From: Elusimicrobia bacterium GWC2_61_19
Lineage (GTDB): Bacteria; Elusimicrobiota; Elusimicrobia; Elusimicrobiales; UBA9959
DNA length: 64,000 nucleotides
Direction of reading: 5' to 3'
NCBI GenBank assembly: GCA_001799795.1
Contig: MGUD01000025.1
Coordinates: 75,414 to 139,413 of the forward strand
A program made the position numbers and the translations under genes. Below are positions 57,049 through 64,000 of this stretch, one piece after another. How positions within the stretch are numbered: position 1 is the first letter of the stretch; every line of letters begins with the position of its first letter. The notes below the pieces were generated by a model that saw only the letters and a list, made by a program, of their open reading frames with translations, did not search any database and was not told where the DNA came from.

Positions 57049-57597
57049 ATGCTGGCAAATATTTCGCTCGGACTCGTTGAACTCTCGTCGATAGCCAGGG
57101 GCATAGAGACCCTGGACGCCATGTGCAAGGCCGCCGGAGTGAAGCCCGAGGTGCACCAGGCCATTTCCAAGGGGAAATATATCATCGTCATTTCCGGCCC
57201 GCTGGGCGAAGTGGAATCCGCCCTGGCCAAAGGCGCCGAGATCGGCGGCAACGCCGTGGTCGCCAACCATATCATCCGCAACGTCCACGCCGGCGCGCTG
57301 GCCGCCCTTAATAAAAAAGTGAAGCCCGGCAAGATAGAGGCCGTGGGCATAGTGGAGACCAAAGAAGCCCTGCCCGCGCTGTTCGCCGCCGACGCGGCCG
57401 CCAAGGCGGCTTTCGTCCACGTGGCGGAAGTAAACACCGGCAAAGGCATAGGCGGCAAGGGTTATTTCACCGTGGTCGGCGAGCCGGGCGCGGTGCGCAC
57501 CGCCGTGACCGCGGGCGTGCAGGCTATAGGCGAGGACGCCGTGGTGAGCCGTATAGTTATCCCCAACGCGCACGAACATATCGGCGCGGCGATATAG
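57049..57597 (+). CDS. Second BMC-T shell protein (PduT-like, lacks the Fe-S Cys)
   Basis: LGLVELSSIARG, AISKGKY, second domain GIGGKG; GGAG RBS. Confidence 0.88.
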   Translation: MLANISLGLVELSSIARGIETLDAMCKAAGVKPEVHQAISKGKYIIVISGPLGEVESALAKGAEIGGNAVVANHIIRNVHAGALAALNKKVKPGKIEAVGIVETKEALPALFAADAAAKAAFVHVAEVNTGKGIGGKGYFTVVGEPGAVRTAVTAGVQAIGEDAVVSRIVIPNAHEHIGAAI

Positions 57598-57606
57598 GAG
57601 TCTCCC

Positions 57607-58053
57607 ATGAAACTTGTCATAGGCGCCGACCACGCGGGTTTTGAGGCCAAGGAAAAACTTAAGAAGTTCCTTCAGGGCCTGGGCCACGACGTAACGGATT
57701 TCGGCTGCTACTCTACGGAACCGGTGGATTTCCCGGATATCGCCCTGCTGGTCGGCGAGGCCGTGCGCAGGAAGGAATTCGACCGGGCCGTGCTGGTGGA
57801 CGGCTTCAACGGCGCCATGCCGCTGGCCGCCAACAAGGTGCACGGCATAAGGGCGGTGGCCGCCTACGACATCATTTCGGCGCGTTTCGCCGCGGCCCAC
57901 GAGGACTGCAACGTGCTGTGCCTGGGCGGTAAGACGCACGGCGAGCTGGCCCTGCAGGAAATGCTGAAGGCCTGGCTCAATACCCCTTTCGAAGGCGGTA
58001 AGTACCAGAAGCGCCTGGATAAGATAACGGCCATAGAACAGCGCTGCTGCTGA
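57607..58053 (+). CDS. rpiB: RpiB/LacA-family sugar-phosphate isomerase
   Basis: IGADHAG, ANKVHGIRA, HEDCNVLCLG, FEGG. Confidence 0.88.
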   Translation: MKLVIGADHAGFEAKEKLKKFLQGLGHDVTDFGCYSTEPVDFPDIALLVGEAVRRKEFDRAVLVDGFNGAMPLAANKVHGIRAVAAYDIISARFAAAHEDCNVLCLGGKTHGELALQEMLKAWLNTPFEGGKYQKRLDKITAIEQRCC

Positions 58054-58059
58054 TTTAAA

Positions 58060-58356
58060 ATGAAACAGGCAAAGGTCATAGGTAGGGTGTTCTGCTCACG
58101 CCAATGCTGCGGCATGGGGGCGAAGACGCTGCTGCTTATACAGCCTTTGGACTGGGAGACGGACAAGCCGGCGGGCGACCCGCTGGTGGCCGGCGATACC
58201 GTGGGCGCGGGCGCCGGGGAAACTGTTTTCTTCGTGGCCTCGCGCGAGGCCATACTGGCTTTCGAGGGCTGGGAGGGGGAGACGGCGGCCGTCGCGGACC
58301 CGCCCCCGGTAGACGCGGCCATAGTCGGCATAATCGACGGCAAGAAGTTCAACTAA
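58060..58356 (+). CDS. BMC-P pentamer (EutN/CcmL) #2
   Basis: AKVIGRV, DTVGAGAGE, PVDAAIVGIID. Confidence 0.9.
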   Translation: MKQAKVIGRVFCSRQCCGMGAKTLLLIQPLDWETDKPAGDPLVAGDTVGAGAGETVFFVASREAILAFEGWEGETAAVADPPPVDAAIVGIIDGKKFN

Positions 58357-58360
58357 ATTT

Positions 58361-58654
58361 ATGTTCATAGCGAAAGTGATCGGCAATGTGTGGGCTACCC
58401 GCAAACACGCGGGTTTAAAAGGCGCTACCATGCTGCTGGTAAAGGCCGTGGACCCCATGGACGGCAACAAGCTGGTGGGCGAGGCCACGCTGGCCCTCGA
58501 CGGCAACCAGGGGGCCGGGGTGGGCGACACCGTGCTGATAGTGGACGAGGGCGGCTCGGCCAGGAAGATCTTAAAGAACTCCAAGGCGCCCGTGCGCACC
58601 GTTGTGGCCGGGATAGTGGATACCGTGCATATAACGGAAAAGGGAAAAATATGA
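58361..58654 (+). CDS. BMC-P pentamer (EutN/CcmL) #3
   Basis: [28 protein letters not shown]. Confidence 0.92.
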   Translation: MFIAKVIGNVWATRKHAGLKGATMLLVKAVDPMDGNKLVGEATLALDGNQGAGVGDTVLIVDEGGSARKILKNSKAPVRTVVAGIVDTVHITEKGKI

Positions 58655-59706
58655 ACGACGAAGACATAAAAAAGATAGCGGCCGAAGTGGCTAAGATCTT
58701 AAGGGAAAAAGGCCCGGCCTTCCCGAGACAGACCCTGGGAGATTCCGTATCCATAGGCTCTGGCGGTAAAGTATTTCAGCACCCGCTGGTAAACCAGGTC
58801 GGGAATTCCGGCGGGACGACCAAGCCGGCCGCCGCCGAAAAGAAGGCCTGCTCAGGTGACTGCCGCCTGGAGGGGTCCCGTTCCTCGGGACAAAATAGTT
58901 CTTCCTCTGTTCCGTCATTAGGAGAAGCTAACACCTGCAGCTCTTCCTGCCAGAGCTGCAACCCGCTGACCAACTATACGCCCCAGCAGGTAAAAGCCAG
59001 CGTGGACCGCGTTACCTTCTGCAACCCCAATGAGGCCAGCTCTTCCATAGCCGGCATGATAGATCACACTCTGCTCAAGGCCAACGCCACGCAGGAGGAG
59101 ATAGGCAAGCTCTGCGAGGAGGCCCGCAAATACCGCTTCGCTTCCGTCTGCGTGAACCCCGGCTACGTGGCCATGTCCGCCCGCCTGCTGCGCGGTTCCT
59201 GCGTAAAGGTCTGCACCGTTATCGGCTTTCCGCTGGGGTCCACTACGCCCACCGTTAAGGCCATCGAGGCGCGCGACGCCATAGCCAACGGCGCAGAAGA
59301 GATAGATATGGTGATAAATATCGGCGCGCTGAAGTCCGGCAACGACCAGCTGGTGCTGGACGACATAAAGGCCGTGCGCGAAGCGACGCGCGGCAAGCTG
59401 CTGAAGGTCATACTTGAAACCTCGTACCTGACCCGTGACGAGAAGGTCCGCGCCTGCAAGATGTCGAAGCTGGCGCAGGCCGATTTCGTCAAGACCTCCA
59501 CCGGCTTCGGTTCCGGCGGCGCCACGCCCGAGGACGTGGCCCTGATGCGCGAGACCGTGGGCCCCGAGATGGGCGTTAAGGCCTCCGGCGGCATCAAGAA
59601 CGCCGAGGTGGCCGCGGCTATGATAAAGGCCGGCGCCAACCGCCTGGGCACGAGCGCCAGCATCGCCATCGTTTCCGGCGGGGAAGCCGCCAAGGGCCAG
59701 TACTAA
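58651..59706 (+). CDS. deoC: Deoxyribose-phosphate aldolase with encapsulation peptide and Cys-rich linker
   Basis: [36 protein letters not shown]; N-terminal [15 protein letters not shown]. Confidence 0.93.
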   Translation: MNDEDIKKIAAEVAKILREKGPAFPRQTLGDSVSIGSGGKVFQHPLVNQVGNSGGTTKPAAAEKKACSGDCRLEGSRSSGQNSSSSVPSLGEANTCSSSCQSCNPLTNYTPQQVKASVDRVTFCNPNEASSSIAGMIDHTLLKANATQEEIGKLCEEARKYRFASVCVNPGYVAMSARLLRGSCVKVCTVIGFPLGSTTPTVKAIEARDAIANGAEEIDMVINIGALKSGNDQLVLDDIKAVREATRGKLLKVILETSYLTRDEKVRACKMSKLAQADFVKTSTGFGSGGATPEDVALMRETVGPEMGVKASGGIKNAEVAAAMIKAGANRLGTSASIAIVSGGEAAKGQY

Positions 59707-59732
59707 TTTGCGGTAACTAAGGAGAAAACGAC

Positions 59733-60026
59733 ATGTCAGAACCGAAAGAAGCGCTGGGAATGATAGAGACCAAGGGTTTCATAGGCATGATAGAAGCCTC
59801 TGACGCCATGAGCAAGGCCGCCAAGGTGCGCCTGCTCGGCTACGAAAAGATCGGCTCGGGCTACGTCACCACCCTGTGCGTGGGCGAAGTGGGCGCCGTG
59901 CGCGCCGCCGTGGAAGCCGGCGCCGCCGCCGCCCAGAAAGCGGGAGAGCTCGTGGGGATGCACGTGATCCCGCGCCCCGCCGACGAACTGGATAAATATC
60001 TCGCCAAGATCTCGGTAAAGGCGTAA
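59733..60026 (+). CDS. BMC-H hexameric shell protein #2
   Basis: [25 protein letters not shown]. Confidence 0.95.
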   Translation: MSEPKEALGMIETKGFIGMIEASDAMSKAAKVRLLGYEKIGSGYVTTLCVGEVGAVRAAVEAGAAAAQKAGELVGMHVIPRPADELDKYLAKISVKA

Positions 60027-60080
60027 GGAACAATGCTTGCGCGGGCGGCGGCTAGGCGCTGACCGCCCGCGGAGGCGCAC

Positions 60081-60323
60081 ATGCTTACCAAGGGAGCGGT
60101 TGAAGACCTTATTATGCAGCACCTCCGGCCGGCGCCGGGGGCGGCGCCTGCCGCCGGGAAGACCCCGGAATTGAAGAAGAGAACGTTCATCAGCGACTGG
60201 GAACTGCGCCGGCTTTACAAACCCGGTTCCAAAAGTGTTGCCGTGCCGGTCAATGCCATTATAAGCCCGCTCTCCATGGACTGGCTGGGCTATAACGGCG
60301 TAGAATTGATCCGCAAGGCCTAA
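60081..60323 (+). CDS. Small BMC-associated protein
   Basis: GGAGG RBS; helix AVEDLIMQHL, linker, FISDWEL…NAIISPLSMDWL. Confidence 0.65.
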   Translation: MLTKGAVEDLIMQHLRPAPGAAPAAGKTPELKKRTFISDWELRRLYKPGSKSVAVPVNAIISPLSMDWLGYNGVELIRKA

Positions 60324-60345
60324 AGCCCTGGGAGGGGCGTCCAGA

Positions 60346-61437
60346 ATGAAAATACAGCTAGGCGTCATAGAAGGTTTTTACGGCGAGCAGTGGACCTGGG
60401 GCGAGCGGACCGATTATGCCGGGTTCCTGCGGAAACACGGTTTTTCTTTTTATATCTATGCGCCCAAGGCGGACGGCTACCTGCGCAAGAAATGGCGCGA
60501 GCCCTTTCCCAAGGTCCTCGAAGAAAAACTGACGAAGCTGGCCGGCCAGTGCCATTCAGCCGGCATCGAGTTCGGCATCGGCTTCAGCCCCTACGAGATC
60601 TACCTGTCCGCTTTCGACCTGGAGGCGAAGAGGCTTCTTCAGAACCGGCTCGACGCCTTTAACCGCATAGGCGTGGATAAGCTGGGCATCCTCATGGACG
60701 ACATGAAAGGCGACCTGCCGGGCCTGGCGGAGAAGCAGATAGAGGTGGTCAACTGGATAGCCGCCCGCTCGAAGGCCAAACAGTTCATCTTCTGCCCGAC
60801 GTATTACTCCCTGGACCCGGTGCTGGAAAAACTTTTCGGCAAAATGCCGGAAGGGTATTTCGGCAAGCTCGGCTCGGAGCTGGATAAAAAGGTCAGCATG
60901 TTCTGGACCGGGGAGCTGGTCTGCTCCAAAGCCTACAGCGAAGAGCACCTGCGCTCTACGGCCGAAAAACTGGGGCGTAAGCCCCTCCTCTGGGACAATT
61001 ACCCCGTCAACGACGGGCCGCGCATGTGCAAGTTCCTGCACCTGAGGCCGGCGACCGGGCGCCCCGCGGAAATAGGCAACTGGCTGGCCGGCCACGCCGT
61101 CAACCCGATGAACCAGGCCGCGCTGTCGAAGATAGTGCTGTTGACCATGAAGGCCGGTTATGAACAGGGCGCGTCCTACAACCCGGAGAAGGCTTTCCGG
61201 AAGGCGGCCGGGATGGTCACCTGCCACGACATGGCGCTGCTGCTCGAACGCGACCTGCCCGCCTTTATGGACCGCGGGCTCGATGCGCTGACGGACGACG
61301 AGAAGAACTCGTTGAAGGCCGACTACGCGCCTTTCCTGGAGCTGCGCGAGAACGATACCGCCGCGGCCGCGCGCGAGGTCATAGACTGGCTGTCGGGCCG
61401 GTATAACGTTACAAAAGACCTTTTCATCACCCAGTAG
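60346..61437 (+). CDS. GH84 beta-N-acetylglucosaminidase (O-GlcNAcase/hyaluronidase family), no signal peptide
   Basis: GVIEGFYG, YIYAPK, catalytic DD (LMDD), FCPTYY, WTG, WDNYPVND, NPMNQ. Confidence 0.9.
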   Translation: MKIQLGVIEGFYGEQWTWGERTDYAGFLRKHGFSFYIYAPKADGYLRKKWREPFPKVLEEKLTKLAGQCHSAGIEFGIGFSPYEIYLSAFDLEAKRLLQNRLDAFNRIGVDKLGILMDDMKGDLPGLAEKQIEVVNWIAARSKAKQFIFCPTYYSLDPVLEKLFGKMPEGYFGKLGSELDKKVSMFWTGELVCSKAYSEEHLRSTAEKLGRKPLLWDNYPVNDGPRMCKFLHLRPATGRPAEIGNWLAGHAVNPMNQAALSKIVLLTMKAGYEQGASYNPEKAFRKAAGMVTCHDMALLLERDLPAFMDRGLDALTDDEKNSLKADYAPFLELRENDTAAAAREVIDWLSGRYNVTKDLFITQ

Positions 61438-61440
61438 GTT

Positions 61441-62910
61441 ATGTCATTTCACTCCGTCTTCAAGGCCGTCCTCGGGCACGATATGGGGGGGGTGTTATGG
61501 AAGGCGGCACTTATCGCGGCGCTCTGTTTTGCCGCCTTCTGGCCTACCCTCCGGGTGGGGTTCATGATAGACGACCCGTTTCTGCTGCGGGCGGTCCAGG
61601 TGGAGCCGGGGCTGGGCCTTAAAGGTGTAAAGTCCGATTTCACCTCGAACGTGCATAAGCAGGCGGGGGCCTTCTATTACCGCCCCGTGCTGGGCCTGCT
61701 GACGCGGTTGGAATACTCCCTCTGGGACGGCGCGCCGATGCCTTACCATGCCGTTTCACTGCTCTTCCATGTCGGCAATTCACTGCTGGTCTTCTGGCTC
61801 CTTTCTTTTCTCGGTTTCGGACCGCTGCTTTCCTTTCTTTCCGCCTGCCTTTTTGCGGTGAACCCGGTGATAGTGGACGACCTGCTGGCCGCGACCGGAG
61901 GTGAATCCATGGCTAATTTTCTGCTGCTGGCCTCCCTGGCGCTGTTCCTGCGCGGCCGCTGGGCGCCGGCCTGGCTGATGTCGCTGGCGGCGGTCTTCGC
62001 GAAGGAAAGCAATGTGATGCTGCCCGCCCTGCTGCTTATCTGCCTGGCCTACCAGGGGCGCCTGAAGAAAGAATATCTGAAAGTTCTGTCGCTGCTGCCG
62101 GTATGCGCCCTTTTCCTGGTCATGCGCGGCGTCTATGTGGAAGCTCCCGCCATAGGACTGACTGCCGCGGCGAAGTTCCTGGTCATGTCTTTTCCAGGTT
62201 CGGTTTTACATTACCTGTGGCTGTTGCTCGTGCCGCTCGGACTTGAGACCTGGCCCCGCCTGCCGGCGCCGCCGGCTTACTGGCCGTTAACGCTGGCCGC
62301 GGCGCTGGCGGCGGCGGCAGGCGTGTTTTTTATGCCGGTAAAACGCCGCGCGGCCGCTTTCTGCGCGGCCTGGTTCCTTCTCGCCATCGCTCCCCGGGTC
62401 CCGGCTATGATCTTGAACCAGGTACTGATGGACAAATGGATAGCTCTCTCCTCGCCGCCCGTGTTCCTGGCGTTTCTGGCTTTCCTGGCCTGGCTGCGGG
62501 ACAGGTATCCGCGCCGGCTGATGGTGCTGCCGCAATTGGCCGCCGCCGCCGCTGTCATATTCTGGAGCGCGGCGGCGCACGCTACTGTAAATCTGCGGGG
62601 TTCGGACGAGAAAAATTACAGGTGGACGGTGCGCGGCGGTCCGCGTCTGTTCGCCAATTACAGGCTAGGTTTGATATTTCTTGGCGAAGGGCGCGCCCCT
62701 GAAGCCGCGCAGGCGCTTGAGCCGCTGCTGCGCCTTGCCCCCGACCAGCCGGATCCCCAGAACGCCTTTGCCATGGCGCTCTGGCATAGCGGGCGGCATG
62801 TCGAGGCCTGGGCTATGATGCGCGGCCTGGAGAAACGTTATCCGGATAATCCCGCGATACAGGAGAACGCCGCAAGGATGCGCGCGCTTATGGAGGGAGG
62901 CGGCAGGTAG
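61441..62910 (+). CDS. TMTC-like GT-C membrane glycosyltransferase with C-terminal TPR
   Basis: GFMIDD loop, YYRP, SLLFHVGN, LFAVNP, FAKE; TPR-like tail. Confidence 0.7.
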   Translation: MSFHSVFKAVLGHDMGGVLWKAALIAALCFAAFWPTLRVGFMIDDPFLLRAVQVEPGLGLKGVKSDFTSNVHKQAGAFYYRPVLGLLTRLEYSLWDGAPMPYHAVSLLFHVGNSLLVFWLLSFLGFGPLLSFLSACLFAVNPVIVDDLLAATGGESMANFLLLASLALFLRGRWAPAWLMSLAAVFAKESNVMLPALLLICLAYQGRLKKEYLKVLSLLPVCALFLVMRGVYVEAPAIGLTAAAKFLVMSFPGSVLHYLWLLLVPLGLETWPRLPAPPAYWPLTLAAALAAAAGVFFMPVKRRAAAFCAAWFLLAIAPRVPAMILNQVLMDKWIALSSPPVFLAFLAFLAWLRDRYPRRLMVLPQLAAAAAVIFWSAAAHATVNLRGSDEKNYRWTVRGGPRLFANYRLGLIFLGEGRAPEAAQALEPLLRLAPDQPDPQNAFAMALWHSGRHVEAWAMMRGLEKRYPDNPAIQENAARMRALMEGGGR

Positions 62911-62963
62911 GGCCACTGCCCTCCACGCGGGACCCGGCTGGAGCAGCGCGGGGGAGGCGTGGG

Positions 62964-63374
62964 TTAGAAATTATCCGAAGAGCGCCGGGACTGCTTTATG
63001 TCGCCCCGGCGCTTTTTGCTTTCGAGGCGGCGCTGTTTAGAGCCGTAAGAGGGTCTTGTGGCGTGCCTGCGCTTGGGCGGCCGGGCCGCGCGCTGCAGCA
63101 GTTCCTTAAGGCGGGCCCTGGCGGCCTGGCGGTTCTGTTCCTGGGTGCGGTATTCGCTGGCGATTATGATTATGTCGCCGTCTGCGGTGAGTTTGGAGCC
63201 CGCCAGGGCTTTGAGCCTTTCGATAACGGCGTAGGGGAGGCCTGAGGCGTGCGGGAAAAAGCGCAGCTGCACGGTGGTGGCCACCTTGTTGACGTTCTGC
63301 CCGCCGTGCCCGCCGCTCCTGATGAATTTTTCCTCGAAGGAGCCGGGCGGCAGTGAAAGACCGCGTTCTTCCAT
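62964..63374 (-). CDS. arfB: Alternative ribosome rescue factor ArfB
   Basis: SGGHGGQNVNKV, RTQEQNR, basic tail. Confidence 0.95.
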   Translation of the reverse strand: MEERGLSLPPGSFEEKFIRSGGHGGQNVNKVATTVQLRFFPHASGLPYAVIERLKALAGSKLTADGDIIIIASEYRTQEQNRQAARARLKELLQRAARPPKRRHATRPSYGSKQRRLESKKRRGDIKQSRRSSDNF

Positions 63375-63428
63375 GCGTTTATATTACCAAAATTTGCTTC
63401 TCCGTTCTGAATATCCTACAAAGGAGAT

Positions 63429-64000
63429 ATGACCAAGATCGTTCTTATAACAGGGGCTTCGGCCGGTATCGGTTACGCGACCGCGGAGCTGCTGCTGAAA
63501 AGCGGCTGCAAGGTTTACGCCGGGGCCAGGCGCGTTGAAAAAATGCGCGGGCTTGAGGCGCTGGGGGGCCGGGTGTTCCGGCTGGACGTGACCGATGAGC
63601 TCTCCGTTAAAAGCGCCGTCGAGGCGGTCATCGGGGCCGAGGGCCGCCTGGACGTTCTTATTAATAATGCCGGTTACGGCGCCCACGGGGCGGTGGAGGA
63701 CGTGCCGCTGGCGGAGGCGCGGCGCCAGTTCGAAGTGAATCTTTTCGGGCTCGCGCGGCTGACCCAGCTGGTCCTTCCTTATATGAGGGCGCAGGGCGGG
63801 GGGCGGATAATAAATATTTCCTCTATCGCGGGCAGGATCACCATGCCCACCGGCGGGTGGTATCACGCCAGCAAGTACGCGCTCGAGGCCTACTCGGACG
63901 CCCTGCGGCTGGAGACGGCGCAGTTCGGCATAAGGGTGGTGCTGATAGAGCCGGGGCCCATTAAGACCGAGTGGGATAATACGGCGCTGGTCAATCTCGA
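63429..64000 (+). CDS. Short-chain dehydrogenase/reductase (truncated by the window edge; not in the ORF track)
   Basis: AAGGAG RBS; MTKIVLITGASAGIG, NNAG, YHASK. Confidence 0.9.
   Translation, partial: MTKIVLITGASAGIGYATAELLLKSGCKVYAGARRVEKMRGLEALGGRVFRLDVTDELSVKSAVEAVIGAEGRLDVLINNAGYGAHGAVEDVPLAEARRQFEVNLFGLARLTQLVLPYMRAQGGGRIINISSIAGRITMPTGGWYHASKYALEAYSDALRLETAQFGIRVVLIEPGPIKTEWDNTALVNL

Overview
A GC-rich bacterial chromosomal window from a diderm (LptE, MurJ, a beta-barrel protein). The gene content and style suggest Elusimicrobiota, which is an inference only. (1) 326-10895 holds six co-directional, distantly paralogous, uncharacterised Gly/Ser/Ala-rich membrane proteins behind a near-consensus sigma70 promoter. 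Each has an N-terminal anchor, a long low-complexity linker, a shared short helical motif and a hydrophobic or variable C-terminus. This is the best candidate for an undescribed system. (2) A housekeeping block: DHS-like, OMP, dnaX with an A10 slippage signature, recR, comEC, glnS, nadK, recN, gltX. (3) A GYF_2 protein followed by pilB-pilT-pilC. (4) A mostly minus-strand block: radical SAM, ogt, short uvrC, murJ, rpsT, holA, lptE, leuS, a secreted Hsp20-like protein, ybeY, phoH, glgC, a His-less Cld-family protein, thyX. (5) A sugar-phosphate-utilisation (SPU)-type bacterial microcompartment locus (PduS, 2 BMC-T, TpiA, PduL, 2 BMC-H, 3 BMC-P, AldDH, RpiB, DeoC), interrupted by a low-GC gene and followed by GH84 and TMTC-like genes. 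Non-coding features include a perfect 99-bp inverted repeat, a related MITE-like element, a 28-bp palindrome, a ~140-nt rod-like hairpin and several probably leaderless genes. No rRNA, tRNA or CRISPR array was recognised. All family calls come from motif recognition by eye; no searches were run.
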